This document shows, one piece after another, positions 20,315 to 31,998 of a DNA stretch of 64,000 bases. The stretch covers positions 310,001-374,000 of the forward strand of contig NW_026515637.1 of NCBI RefSeq assembly GCF_000738915.1, read 5' to 3'. The stretch is from Nematocida ausubeli (Eukaryota). The notes beneath the pieces are model-generated. The model was not told the DNA's origin and made no database searches. It worked only from the letters and a program-made list of their open reading frames with translations. Both the position numbers and the translations under genes were made by a program. Positions within the stretch are counted from its first letter, which is position 1. Each line of letters opens with the position of its first letter.

Positions 20315-20650
20315 ATGACTAAAAAAAGAAGAAACAACGGAAGATCCAAGATGAACAGAGGGCACTGCAGAAGCATAAGATGTGAGAACTGCTACAGATC
20401 CTGCCCAAAGGACAAGGCAATTAAGAGATTCCACATCAAGAATGTGATAGATAATGCATCCTTTGATGATATTAAGCTAGCCTCCGTGTACGAGGACTTT
20501 GAGGTTCCTAAGTTCTACTACAAGCTGGAGTACTGCATCTCCTGCGCTGTTCACCAGAGAATTGTTAGAGCTCGCTCTGTAGAGGGCCGAAAGGACAGAA
20601 CAAACCCGTTTATGAAAAGACGAATGAATCTTTTAAGTGCCTCTGCATAA
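20315..20650 (+). CDS. RPS26: 40S ribosomal protein S26 (eS26)
   Basis: MTKKRRNNGRSK, CENC, PKDKAIKRF, YCISCAVH, VRARS. Confidence 0.98.
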   Translation: MTKKRRNNGRSKMNRGHCRSIRCENCYRSCPKDKAIKRFHIKNVIDNASFDDIKLASVYEDFEVPKFYYKLEYCISCAVHQRIVRARSVEGRKDRTNPFMKRRMNLLSASA

Positions 20651-21183
20651 TAAAGAATTAGTTTACTTTCTCTTATACATTAGCTTACTGCAATTGCCTG
20701 CATGATATTAAGTTTTTTTGAGTGCTTTCTGGAAGCAAAAAGATATTTCGGCTAGTAGAAGTAATGCTCCCTCAATATATTTCTATATTCAGAAATTAAT
20801 TATATTTACGCACTTTCTAGTATACTGAAAATATTGTCTTTGCACAAGAACATCGTGTGTAGCCTTGATGCTCTTACTAGTTCTTTATTTGGGGCATTTT
20901 TCTTTCTTTGCTGGTTCTTTAGCAAACAAGATTCCTTCTCCACTTTTCTTTATACATCTTCATATGTATGCTATTTAGCTTCTATTCTTTAATTTTTCAC
21001 TGAGGATATTTCATAGCTAAACTAAATAAAGTGCAGTATATACATGGTTAAAAGGTGCTGATATAGAGACAGTAGAATAAAATAGATGCTTCCTGTAGAA
21101 ATTATGCCTTCAATGCCAATTGAATCTTCTTTATATTCATATAGATTTATTATTACGCTTTCTTATTATAGATTGATGTATGC

Positions 21184-22743
21184 TCATGTTCCCAAGTGAT
21201 GCTTTAGTAATGCCAGGCCCTCTCGCCACTGCAGAACAGCATTAGAGCCGGCTGTCTCCTCAAGCGCATCAATCACACGCTCTGCTGTTTTTATGCTTGC
21301 TTCAGACACACCATCGATCTCATTCAGCGCCTGCGCCAGATACTTCTCATAATATGTCTTAAACTCGCCACTTCCTTGCCGGAAGAATAAGTCACCTAGA
21401 AGACACAGCGCCTGGGTGCTCCCCTGATCCACACATTTTCTGTAGCACCGAAGTGCCTCCTCCACACGGCCTAGCTTATCAAAGCACTGGCCCAGCCCTT
21501 CATACACAATGCATGTGCTTGGCGACAATTCCGCACACTTTCTGTAAAAGTGCAGAGCATACTCATGCATTTCGATAGAAAAGTATATCTGTGCCATGCA
21601 AAGCCACACCCGGTAATCATTGTAGTTCTTCTTTAGCGCAAGGTTGCACGCCTTAATTGCAGAACACGTGTCCTTCAAGTGGAAGTACTCCTGTGCAACA
21701 AAAATGTATGCAATGTCAAACTCCCCAAGGCACTCATCGTGCAGTATCTGCTGGAACTCTTCAATACTTCCTACATGGTCTCCTTTCAAGGCCAGTAGAT
21801 TCCCTGAAACATAATGGTATACAGGCAGGTTTCCGAATCTGTCAAAAACCCGGAATAGAAGGCTGGCCAGGCGCTCTGTATCTTTTAAAGAGTACAAGAT
21901 GTTTGAAAACTGGTCAAAGTTGCACCATCCAACTGATTCGTCTACAACCCGCTCGATTGCCTCCAGGGCCTGTGCAGTTTTCTTGTAGTGTCCCAAAACA
22001 GCAGCCAGAAGAGATTCCTCATACGCCGAAAATGCGCTGCGGTTTTCACTATACTCAGCCAGGAGTCTTTTCAGATCTGGGTGGAGAATTGACTTTTTGC
22101 ACCCAATGTACAGCAGAAAGAGCCTTTCCATTCCCGGGTCTACAATCGACTTAAGAACCTCCTCGCAGTTGGAGATGGTCACTGTCTCTGCAAGAAGCTT
22201 GTATATGTCCCAGAAATACGGAACCCTCTTCAACAGATAGAGAAGCGTTTTTTTGTACCTTTCCGGAGAGAGATGTGCTTTCTTTGTAATCATAAGTAGG
22301 TATAGTAGAAATGGGTCTCTAAGCCGGGCTTTACATACAGGGGGACACTCTCCTGATGAAGCAAGAGCCTTTTCTATTACACTATCTGGGTAGAAAACCG
22401 AGCCAAGTTTGACTCCTGCCTCTTTTGTGCCTTTTATTTCAGAAAGAATATATACAGAGTAATTGCGCAGAAATACTTGGTCAGTAGGGCAGCAGCTGCA
22501 GTAGTTGTACTCAAGGGGCGGAATAGGCGTCTGCTTAAAATCAGGGCACAGAAGCGTGGCATATGTCTGGAAGTACTCTTTCATGGCAAATAAGTTTATG
22601 GCTCGCATGCTTCTGCTTTTGAAATGCATATTCTCAATCTCTTGTGCAAGGTTTATTTTAAACAGCATTTCTAAAGGGTCGTACAGGCATCGGGCATATA
22701 GTTCTTTTGCAAATGCATTTATTCCCTCTCTTGCTTCTGTCAT
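21184..22743 (-). CDS. CDC23: Anaphase-promoting complex TPR subunit (Apc8/Cdc23)
   Basis: TPR repeats; DQFSNILY, DYRVWLCMAQIY, YALHFYRK and LGQCFDKL match the Cdc23 pattern. Confidence 0.8.
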   Translation of the reverse strand: MTEAREGINAFAKELYARCLYDPLEMLFKINLAQEIENMHFKSRSMRAINLFAMKEYFQTYATLLCPDFKQTPIPPLEYNYCSCCPTDQVFLRNYSVYILSEIKGTKEAGVKLGSVFYPDSVIEKALASSGECPPVCKARLRDPFLLYLLMITKKAHLSPERYKKTLLYLLKRVPYFWDIYKLLAETVTISNCEEVLKSIVDPGMERLFLLYIGCKKSILHPDLKRLLAEYSENRSAFSAYEESLLAAVLGHYKKTAQALEAIERVVDESVGWCNFDQFSNILYSLKDTERLASLLFRVFDRFGNLPVYHYVSGNLLALKGDHVGSIEEFQQILHDECLGEFDIAYIFVAQEYFHLKDTCSAIKACNLALKKNYNDYRVWLCMAQIYFSIEMHEYALHFYRKCAELSPSTCIVYEGLGQCFDKLGRVEEALRCYRKCVDQGSTQALCLLGDLFFRQGSGEFKTYYEKYLAQALNEIDGVSEASIKTAERVIDALEETAGSNAVLQWREGLALLKHHLGT

Positions 22744-23449
22744 GGCTTATAATATTTTTATAATTAATTCATCGTAAATGCAGAAGACTGCTGCAGATTC
22801 ATTTTAGCTACCTTTGCTCGTATAATTAATTGGGCTATAATAAAATGAATCTATTGCCAAAAGTGCATTGCACTCTTCCATCTCTCTTTGATCTTACACT
22901 TCTGTGCCTACATGAAGTAGTTCTTAATCTGCAGGAGGGAAGACATATTACTCAAGAAAGACATAACAAAAGTTATTTTCATTAAGCAATCTATTATGCA
23001 TACAATATTTCTAGAATAATATAGTCTGTATATATTGCTTTTTATACTAGAACTTTAGTTTAACCCCCTTTTTACTATATTTTATCTCACAGTATGCTTC
23101 TACCTGCAATATTATTGAAATAATAATACTACTCAGAATATAGAAGGGAATTTGTTTGCTGCTACAGTAGATTTATTCCATACTAGGTGCATCTATTGAG
23201 TAGATGTCTCTTGTATCTTCGGGTTAGCTATGCAGGAAAAAGGGTTATTAAATAAATACTGAATACTAATACGCACTTATTAAGTCTCTACTGTAACCAT
23301 TTTATTTTAAATCTGCTGCAGGCGTGTAAACATCTAGGCAGTGTAATAATCCACACAGCACGCAGTGTATTGTATAAATATGCTGCTCTGTGAGGAGATC
23401 CTGCTGCCATGCACCATGGCTCATATAGAAATAACACAAAATTGGATAT

Positions 23450-23701
23450 TTATTCGTCTTCTACAGGAATACTTAGTGTATTGTATTCTTTGCATACTTC
23501 TTTGTAGAGAAGGGTGTTTATGATCTTCAGCTTTTCAATTACATCTGTTAATTTTAGATACTCATCGTTCTTTTGTTTTATCTGATCCTCTAATAGTTTA
23601 ACTCTCTCCTGAACTGACAGAATGTCTTTCTTTGAACTGCTCTTTGCATGCGATTGCTCGTCTACTCTAGCAGAGCTCCTCTCTTGGTCGTGCAGTGACA
23701 T
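23450..23701 (-). CDS. Small coiled-coil hypothetical protein
   Basis: 83-aa ATG ORF with a heptad pattern, 21 bp downstream of eRF3. Confidence 0.6.
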   Translation of the reverse strand: MSLHDQERSSARVDEQSHAKSSSKKDILSVQERVKLLEDQIKQKNDEYLKLTDVIEKLKIINTLLYKEVCKEYNTLSIPVEDE

Positions 23702-23722
23702 ACTATTGTTTAGCTTAAAATT

Positions 23723-25027
23723 TTACTTTTTTTCTTTAATTTTCAGCACTCTTCCAAACCCAACAGTTCTTGTTTCATCTCTAAGAGTGAATATTCCTGT
23801 TCTTTTTTCTGGAGAATAAACTTCAAGTGGAATGGGCGAGTTAACAATCACCTCTGCCATTAGCTTGTCTCCGGTTTTTGCAAACTTCACTTTGAGAATC
23901 TTCTCTTCCTCCTTTTTGTACAGCTCTCCAATTGTGACAGGCACCTCTCTTGCCCCCATGTGCATCACTGCCATGTATCCCTTTGTTATTAGAGACTTTG
24001 CATCTAAGATGCTTATTGCAGCCATGAAGTAATTTGAGTCTTTTGTTTCGGTGTACTCGGTTGCTGTTATTACATCTCCTGGGAAGACTTCGTCGCTCTC
24101 CTTTATTTTTAGTCGGGCTGTTTCTCCGGAGTGAACTCTCTCCACTTCCTCCTCGTCTATTGCTATTGATATTATATTAATCTTTTTGGCGCCTGGGTGC
24201 AATTTAAGCTGTGTTTTCTCAAGTACTCCTCTCTCCACTCTTACAGTTATAAAGTATCCGCCCATTTCTTTTGAAGTATCTGAAACAGGAGCATACAATA
24301 GATCGGTGTTTTTTCTGGGAATATCTACTGAGTCAATATACTCAAAGAAAGATGGGCCTGCGTACCACGGGGCAACATCTTTCAGATTATTTTCCTTTAT
24401 ATTAAGCCCTAAGAAGCCGCTGATTGGCATGTAAACCACCTCGTTCTTCCCAAAAAGTGTGTGAAGAAGCTTCTTTGTTGATTTTAGAATGTGGTTGTAT
24501 CTTTCTTCTGACCAGCACACTGTTGGGTCGTCCATTTTGTTAACTAATACGCATATTTTGGACAGACCTGAGGCCTTCGCCAAGTAGATGTGCTCTCTTG
24601 TCTGCCCTCCTTTCTCAAACCCAGCCTCAAACTCATTCTGTCTTGCAGATATGACAAGCACAGCAATGTCAGCCTGGTTGACCCCCAATATCATATTGGG
24701 CACATACATTTTGTGTCCTGGCGCATCAAGTATCTGCACAATAGACTTCTCTGTTTCAAAGTATGCCTGGCCCAGCTCAGTTGTTTTCCCCTTGTCTCTT
24801 TCTTCTGGGTTACTGTCCAGTGCCCATGAAAGATACCAACTCTCTCGATTTTTCTCTTTTGATTCTTTTTCATACTTCTCGAGCGTTCTCTTATCGATCT
24901 TTCCTGCTAGGTATAATATTTGTCCTCCTGTCGTGGATTTTCCTGCATCCACGTGCCCTATAAATATAATGCTCAGCTGCTTCTTTTTAATTGAAATATT
25001 CTTAATAGACTCCACTAGTCCTTCCAT
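23723..25027 (-). CDS. SUP35: Peptide chain release factor GTPase eRF3 (no N/M extension)
   Basis: GHVDAGKST, RESWYLSWALD, DAPGHK, FEKGGQTREH, NKMDDP, FTLRDE. Confidence 0.95.
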   Translation of the reverse strand: MEGLVESIKNISIKKKQLSIIFIGHVDAGKSTTGGQILYLAGKIDKRTLEKYEKESKEKNRESWYLSWALDSNPEERDKGKTTELGQAYFETEKSIVQILDAPGHKMYVPNMILGVNQADIAVLVISARQNEFEAGFEKGGQTREHIYLAKASGLSKICVLVNKMDDPTVCWSEERYNHILKSTKKLLHTLFGKNEVVYMPISGFLGLNIKENNLKDVAPWYAGPSFFEYIDSVDIPRKNTDLLYAPVSDTSKEMGGYFITVRVERGVLEKTQLKLHPGAKKINIISIAIDEEEVERVHSGETARLKIKESDEVFPGDVITATEYTETKDSNYFMAAISILDAKSLITKGYMAVMHMGAREVPVTIGELYKKEEEKILKVKFAKTGDKLMAEVIVNSPIPLEVYSPEKRTGIFTLRDETRTVGFGRVLKIKEKK

Positions 25028-25576
25028 GCTTGAATATTATAAAAAATTATTTTCGGTTATACTTGGCATAGAAAAACCATTCTTTTGGAAGGTAGCAGGG
25101 AGAATCATCCTATAGGCATCTATTTCTGCAGAGAACTCTGGTGCTTTACATACTGCATGAGTGACTTTCAAAACTGCTTGCTGCACATACAGAATATGCT
25201 GCTTCTTCGTAAGTGGCTAGATTGAATGCATGCTTAGCTTTCTGTGCAGTAGAATTCTGCGTTTTCTTCTGTACTCTGTCTTAAGCTCATTAATCTGTCT
25301 TTGACTGTGTCTATTATAAGATTGTTTGTTGCATGTTTAGCTGAATTAATTACACGATACAAAATATGCGTGTAATACATCTGCTAACTAATCTGGATAT
25401 ATAAATAGGGGTGTGTTTTAATAAATAGAAGTAGTTAATATAGATGTGAACAGCTCTTCAAGAAAAGACATCTTTATGTAGCTTTGAAGTGTGTTATTTA
25501 GAATAGGATAAATTATGTGTATATGTGTAAAGAATAAAAATAATAATATAATTGTAAACCAAGCTCTATTTTATGT

Positions 25577-25930
25577 CTATTTCAACTGGTTAAGTACAGT
25601 GACTCTTTCTCCATTTCTTCTATTTATAAGAATGTCTCTGTATATCTTGTGATTTACGTTTGTACTGTTTGAAATGTATTCTGAAATGCGCACGTTTTTT
25701 GGTGCAAAAGCGGGCTCTACTACAACTCTGTCCTCTTGACGAGTTCTTTTTGCTTTTACTCTTTTTCTTTTCTTCTCTCTCTCTTCCGTCTGGAATGTTT
25801 CATTTCGTACCTCCTGTACTACCATTCTTTGCAAATTTTTATGTGACTCATTTTGCAGTTTTACACTCTGAAATTCGACACTGCCGTTTATTCGTGCAGT
25901 CGTAGCACATGGAATTTTTATTCGGGCCAT
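25577..25930 (-). CDS. Hypothetical basic protein
   Basis: 117-aa ATG ORF 6 bp after the ABCG stop; NLS-like KKRKRVKAKR. Confidence 0.6.
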   Translation of the reverse strand: MARIKIPCATTARINGSVEFQSVKLQNESHKNLQRMVVQEVRNETFQTEEREKKRKRVKAKRTRQEDRVVVEPAFAPKNVRISEYISNSTNVNHKIYRDILINRRNGERVTVLNQLK

Positions 25931-25936
25931 ATGTGT

Positions 25937-27775
25937 CTACCCCTGGGCCAGCTTCATTATCTTTCTTTTTAGGCAATATCCTGCGGCAATGATCAAAATA
26001 ATATATGTTATAAATAAAATGGTCATTGATGTATATATAGAAACAAACTCATTAACTAGCCCATTGATTCTGTCGGACAGATCAGTTCTTCCTGCGTAGT
26101 GCAGCTTTATCATTATGTTATATGCATGTCTTGGTGGAGATATGTACTGCAGATGCGACAGCCCTGATATAATGCTCTCTGGATCTACGTCTGTTCCCGT
26201 AAGCATGTTTATAAAATACGACATTGCAGGGAAGATTGCAAGCGCTATTTCAGATGTGTCCACTAAAGATGCCATGAGCACACCCAGCGAGTGCGCTGTT
26301 GCTCCAAGCAAGAGACACCCAAACAGATGGGCAACAGACCCAATGCCAGAAAGATAGAATATAATTGGCGTTCCAATGAAAGGATGCATGCATGTGATCA
26401 TAAAATCTACCAACACCTTTGAGATAAAGTAAGGCATAAACGTATAGTAGTTTGATCCATACTCTTTTATGAGTATCTTTCTATCTGAGAATAGAATCGA
26501 AATAGCCCCGTATGAAAATGTTCCAAATGTGGCCATTGTGATAGTTCTGTAGCACCCAACCACATTTGTCTCTATTTGGTATGCCTGCTTGCTAGGTATG
26601 TCGTAAAGAAACATGCCTGTAATAAGAGAAACAAAAAGAGCATGCCCTAGCTTAGCAAAAAGATACTTCTTGTTCCGGATGCTGCACAGAACTGTTCTTG
26701 ATAGAAGAACTTTTGTCTCGTATAGGAATGAACTAAGCGTGAATTTTTTGCTCATATTCTCCAATGAGTCAACTCCCTCCTCCTCCAGCTTTTCGGACTT
26801 CTCTTGCTGGGGTGGCAGCTGATTGATTATTCTAAATAGATGATCTGCTGGGTTTGTGTACTTTGGACAAGGCAACCCAAACGCACCCAAAGACTGCACA
26901 CAGTCTTTTGGAGAGCCAGAGTATGCAATCTGCCCATTCTTCATCATTATGATATTGTCAAACATATGGAAAATATCTGATGATGGCTGGTGGATTGTCA
27001 TTACAATCAGCATTCCTGAACGTGCAAGATTTTTAAGATGAATAATCAGTGACTCTGATGTGTACGAGTCCAGTCCACTTGTTGGTTCATCTAGAAATAT
27101 TATCTCTGGCCTAGAGACCAGCTCCTGCGCGACAGACAGTCTTTTTCTTTCTCCGCCCGAAAGGCCTGCCACACCCTCTAATGGATCCCCAATTAATGTA
27201 TCGCCCACGTGCGCCATTTCTACCTCCGCTAGTAATTTCTCTGCAAGCTCATCCTGGTTTTCCTCTCCCGGTGTCTTTAGCCTAATTGTGTATGACAGCA
27301 TCTCTTTTGCTGTGAGCATTGGATACAAGTGATCCTCTTGATGGACATATGCAACTCTCTTTCTTAGCTCCTTCTGCTTGATCTCCTGTCCATTTAGAAC
27401 TATCTTTCCCATGGTTTTTTGCTTTCTTCCTGAGATTATTTTCAAGTAGGTTGTTTTCCCTGCTCCAGATGGGCCAAGGATAGCAGTCATTTGTCCGCTC
27501 TTGAACGACTGCGAGACATCTTTTATTATATTTTTATACGATATATTCTTAAATGTAAAACTCACACTGCTCTTTTTCGTATCCGCTACCTCCATTTCAA
27601 GAGCTTCTCTGGGGTGTATACTCCCGCGCATAGCATGCACTCCAGCATGCATGCTGTTCTCTATGTTTGTTTGGTGGGAAGATGCACTTATTTCTGGCTG
27701 CTCTCCGCCGTTAATTTCATCCAATTTTCTTTCTACTGTTTCTTTGTGCAGCGATGTATTATCCACTTGCAACAT
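25937..27775 (-). CDS. ABCG (White-like) half transporter
   Basis: Walker A GPSGAGKTT, signature LSGGERKR, Walker B FLDEPTSGLD, TIHQP and a C-terminal membrane domain. Confidence 0.95.
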   Translation of the reverse strand: MLQVDNTSLHKETVERKLDEINGGEQPEISASSHQTNIENSMHAGVHAMRGSIHPREALEMEVADTKKSSVSFTFKNISYKNIIKDVSQSFKSGQMTAILGPSGAGKTTYLKIISGRKQKTMGKIVLNGQEIKQKELRKRVAYVHQEDHLYPMLTAKEMLSYTIRLKTPGEENQDELAEKLLAEVEMAHVGDTLIGDPLEGVAGLSGGERKRLSVAQELVSRPEIIFLDEPTSGLDSYTSESLIIHLKNLARSGMLIVMTIHQPSSDIFHMFDNIIMMKNGQIAYSGSPKDCVQSLGAFGLPCPKYTNPADHLFRIINQLPPQQEKSEKLEEEGVDSLENMSKKFTLSSFLYETKVLLSRTVLCSIRNKKYLFAKLGHALFVSLITGMFLYDIPSKQAYQIETNVVGCYRTITMATFGTFSYGAISILFSDRKILIKEYGSNYYTFMPYFISKVLVDFMITCMHPFIGTPIIFYLSGIGSVAHLFGCLLLGATAHSLGVLMASLVDTSEIALAIFPAMSYFINMLTGTDVDPESIISGLSHLQYISPPRHAYNIMIKLHYAGRTDLSDRINGLVNEFVSIYTSMTILFITYIILIIAAGYCLKRKIMKLAQG

Positions 27776-27839
27776 AATATTTTTTTAAGAAAACTTTTCG
27801 AATAATAACTTCGTTAAATTAAACCTTTTATTTGTTTGT

Positions 27840-28988
27840 ATGGAATATTCTCCGGCCAAATGCACACCAGGTTTGCTGCATTCTGAGTGTCTAAAGGCAT
27901 CCAAAAAGCCTTCTAGAGCCTATTTGTACAATGGAGAGACTGTTTGGGTGGAAGGGGTATTTGACGGGGTAAAAGTGTCTCTCTACACTGAGCTAAAGCT
28001 GCCTGCACCGCAGAAGGAAAGGACTCTGTCCTCGCAGGAAATGCCAGCTTATGAAGCCAGCACCTCTGATGGCAAGGAACTTGCGCCTGAAATAGAAGAG
28101 GCCACCTCCCTCAACGGGATACAGCCCGAAAGCCCCACCCCTCTTTCTATCCCGTATATTGAAGAGCAGACCTGCGCTGGCTATGAATATATTAGTGGGA
28201 ATAGACCGTACTATATCCCATGCACAGCTCAGATCATTAGATTTGATTATTTGGAGTTTTTAAAGAGCATAGAATGTCCAGAACATTATTGCATTTCGAA
28301 TGTAATTAATAACACTGAGGAAGTCATTCTCAAAAGTGAGCTTTTTTCTGTTGTCCCTCCATTTCAGATAGTTGAAAAAGTACAAGGAAACTATCTCATT
28401 GTCTCTGTCATTCCAGATAAAGCGCTTGCATACTCACTCTCTGACCAGCCCACCCTTAGCATAAATGGGAATAGAATGGAGTACAAGGGAAACAGCCTGT
28501 ATAAAATAAAATTACTACAAATTGCTGACTGGTCTGGTCCATTCCACATATCGGTGGACTTTGAGCAGATACACTACACCAGAGAGCTGTCTTTGTCTCT
28601 GCCAAATGAATTTATGTACTCAGTGGGACTAAAGAAAATCGAAAAGAAAACATTCATTAAGCTTACTCTGTGCAGAGTGCAGGCAGCATCATATGAAATT
28701 GTTATTTTGAACCCACTTGTTGGAGAAACAGCCCAATCGCCGGCTGAAGAGTCCAGCCCTCCGATAAAGCAAACCTCTCTAGATATGGATATGTCTAATG
28801 AATACTGTGCAGATGTTTCTGTAATGGATCTTCTAGTGGGAGCATCCAATGCAGAAATCTTTATTGATTCGCCTGATGCAGTGACCGAAATATTGCTAGA
28901 GGTTCAGAAAAGAGACTCCTCAAAACAGCAGTATGTCTTCTCAGCCAAAGTAAATAACTATCTCATTGAGTTCTTCATGAAATTATAA
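27840..28988 (+). CDS. Hypothetical protein
   Basis: 382-aa ATG ORF divergent from ABCG; no family recognised. Confidence 0.75.
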   Translation: MEYSPAKCTPGLLHSECLKASKKPSRAYLYNGETVWVEGVFDGVKVSLYTELKLPAPQKERTLSSQEMPAYEASTSDGKELAPEIEEATSLNGIQPESPTPLSIPYIEEQTCAGYEYISGNRPYYIPCTAQIIRFDYLEFLKSIECPEHYCISNVINNTEEVILKSELFSVVPPFQIVEKVQGNYLIVSVIPDKALAYSLSDQPTLSINGNRMEYKGNSLYKIKLLQIADWSGPFHISVDFEQIHYTRELSLSLPNEFMYSVGLKKIEKKTFIKLTLCRVQAASYEIVILNPLVGETAQSPAEESSPPIKQTSLDMDMSNEYCADVSVMDLLVGASNAEIFIDSPDAVTEILLEVQKRDSSKQQYVFSAKVNNYLIEFFMKL

Positions 28989-29586
28989 TAGAGCCCGCAG
29001 ATATGAATTTTTGCACTATTATTTTAAAGCATTTCTGTATATAACAATCTATAGCCAGCAGTGCTCTTCTCTAAAATACTAGACTCTGCATTTTCAAAGT
29101 GGAATAATTATGGGTCTTTTGATGCACCGCTGCAGAGCTTACTGAATACATCTTGAATCCATGAATAGCAAGCGACTTTAATAAATAGCATTTATGTGTA
29201 TATTTGTTCTAGCTATACAGTAAGTTAACCTATATAATATACTTTAAATTCGCTTTCAATGAAATTAATTATGTTTTGTATAAACTCATTCTTAGAAGTG
29301 TATTTTTATATGAAATTTATAATTGCATAAATATTTTAATACTGCCTATGCTGTAAGTATTTCTCCTCTATTTATTAGACGATAAAAACACAAGGCAAAT
29401 ATAATTATGTTTTATATGCTTCTTCTTTTGGCGCCCTTTGCTTAGGAAACTATTTTATCTCTTACACCACACATTCCTTTGTAACACTCGCTTTCCATGC
29501 ACTCACATATGGCTAGAGTCTATATTGTTGCAGCAAAGCACTTTTCTTTTGTTGAAAAATTTAGCTAACTCTATTTTCCCCCAGCA

Positions 29587-29985
29587 ATGAACAGTGAGTC
29601 TAGCGCGACAGAGAAAGTTTTACTTGATTTGTTGGACATGCTTGAGAGTGCGAAATATACAGAGCTGATAGAGTTAGCATGGAAAAGCCTCTACGAGATA
29701 GTCATACCTTTCAACACAAAGGGTATCCATCTTTTTCTGTCAAACTACATTATTATTCTCTCACAGACCCTCTCTATTGAAAGCACTGCAGAAGAGGCCT
29801 CCCGCATTCTGTCTATTCTAGACCTAATAATTCACCCAAGAAAAGGCACTATTATAGAAGGAGAAAGTCATTTTGATGATCTGGTTGAGGAAGTGCCTAG
29901 TGCCCCATGCGATACTCCAGAGACCAAGGAGGCATCTTTGGATAAAAACAGTAACAAAAAAGTGAAGATTGACATTATAGAATAA
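29587..29985 (+). CDS. Hypothetical protein
   Basis: 132-aa ATG ORF preceded by AAATTT and a CCCCC tract. Confidence 0.7.
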   Translation: MNSESSATEKVLLDLLDMLESAKYTELIELAWKSLYEIVIPFNTKGIHLFLSNYIIILSQTLSIESTAEEASRILSILDLIIHPRKGTIIEGESHFDDLVEEVPSAPCDTPETKEASLDKNSNKKVKIDIIE

Positions 29986-30858
29986 ATATCATTTGTTTAT
30001 TTCGTACTGGTTGCACTTAAATCCTGAAAATTAGATTTTTTACTTTCTTTGGTGTCTTTTCTGTAATATATAAATAAAATCTCTTCAGAGCCACCAATAG
30101 TAGTGAAGGCTTGGATTCTTCTAAATTTTTCAGAGAGGATAGGAAAATAGAAAAACATCACATATCTGCTTCCCTCGCATATAGAGAGTCGCACAAATAG
30201 ACAAGTATATATTTCAGTCAAAAGTTGATTTGGGATAAGACCCGATCGTATAAAGTAGCTATATAGCCATATCGAATATTTGGTGTTTATACAAGAATTT
30301 ATTATAAAGACAGGTGTTTATAGCAATATTCTTACTACCTGCTCTAACACCATGTTATGCATAGTGCACAGATGGTTCCAAATGAATTTATAAAACAATA
30401 TACCAGAACATAGATACATAACCATGAAAGAATATGAAAACTAGCACATAGAATATACAAAAAAATTGAATAGCAGCACGAATGCAACCCTAAAGCAGTC
30501 TAGTATACCCAGGCAATTGTAGAGATACAGTATAAAGTGTACATAACAAAAATATACACTTTTTGTATCTAATCTTCTATACGGAATAACATGTGAATTT
30601 AAGTATGCTTTCTGCACTGTTTTTGTAGTATGTGCAGACAATAAAATCAACAAATAGAAATTTTTATGCACTGCAAATATTTAAGAAAGACTCAATTAAA
30701 GTAAAAAGCAATCTATTTTATATGAAATATGAGTATATTAATATTCTTTAATGCTTAGGCTATAGTTTTATTAAATGAAAATAGACCTTTTATAATTAAA
30801 TTAGTCCTTAAGCATACATATATGTGTATATATTAGGTCTGTGCGAGAATAAACATAA

Positions 30859-31581
30859 ATGATGCACTTACCAGTCTATGTAATTACTACTGATACAGCT
30901 GATATTGTAGAGACAGCTAATCAGAAACAAGTCATGGTAGACGAGCAGTTCTTGAACAGACAGGAAATATCTTTGTATAAAACTGCTGTGTATTTTGCCA
31001 AGTTAATAGTTTCTATTTCTGTGCTGTCTGTGGCAATGCTGTACAACTACCACCTTCTATCCAGGCTGCACTCCAAAGACATTGCTGGGTTTTTGAATCT
31101 TCTCTGCGTTCTGTCTTCTGCTCTAGTTACTTTTGTTGCCTGGAACGACAGCGAAGGAAAAAACAAAGGAAAACTCAGGACTGTTGAGAACACAGTTGTG
31201 TCCATTCTGTTTTCTCTGATTCTGATCATTCCTGGCGTGCTTCTCGGCAACCCATGGCTGTCTCTTATCATCACAAATATTCTCACTTCTACTGCTGAGT
31301 ATCCGTTCATGCTGTTTGCCCACGCGTTTTTCTTTGCTGCAAAGTATGTCTGCCCAGAAAGTGCGCTCATCACGGCTTCCAATGTGTTCCCTGCTTTAAT
31401 TGCTCTGGTGTCCTTGGTTGAGTATGAAGTGTCTGCGTTCTACAAAAAGAAGCTCAGAAGCACAGGCTCTCTTCCTGTCTCGGCTACCACCATTTTCACA
31501 GGCATTCTTTTCATCTTCTCTGTAGTTGCTTTGGTATTCAATCTACACACGGTGCATGCTGCCCAAAGCATCAGCTTGTAA
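30859..31581 (+). CDS. Hypothetical multi-pass membrane protein
   Basis: 240 aa with about 6-7 hydrophobic segments. Confidence 0.75.
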   Translation: MMHLPVYVITTDTADIVETANQKQVMVDEQFLNRQEISLYKTAVYFAKLIVSISVLSVAMLYNYHLLSRLHSKDIAGFLNLLCVLSSALVTFVAWNDSEGKNKGKLRTVENTVVSILFSLILIIPGVLLGNPWLSLIITNILTSTAEYPFMLFAHAFFFAAKYVCPESALITASNVFPALIALVSLVEYEVSAFYKKKLRSTGSLPVSATTIFTGILFIFSVVALVFNLHTVHAAQSISL

Positions 31582-31998
31582 TTTTTCATTCAGTACTAAG
31601 AAATATGTTTAGTTTGTCTTTTGTGTCTGAAGAGACTTTAATGTCTTCTATAATGAAAAGAGAAAAGCCCATTAAGAAAAATGCAAATGTGCCCAAAGAT
31701 GTCTTATACAGCTATGATGCAAGATGCACATAGAAAAGACATGTATGGGCTATGTGTGTGTATATAGCAAAAATATATGCTGTTCAGCAATTATGTGCAT
31801 ATACTATGAATTCAGGATGAAGGATATTTGAGAATGGCATTTCTGTCTATGCATTCAGAGAAGCCTAGCTGTATGAATGCCTCTGGGATTCAGAGGTGTT
31901 TTGTATCTTGTAGTGCCTAGTGGATACGATAGATGCTGTGCAATTCAATAAATATCTAACTTTAACTAGCTAAGAGTGGCCATTTGTAGTATTTTCTA

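Noticed and set aside
23723..25027. eRF3 lacking the N-terminal prion/PABP-binding region
   Set aside because: Real, but an expected reduction in compact parasite genomes rather than a novelty.
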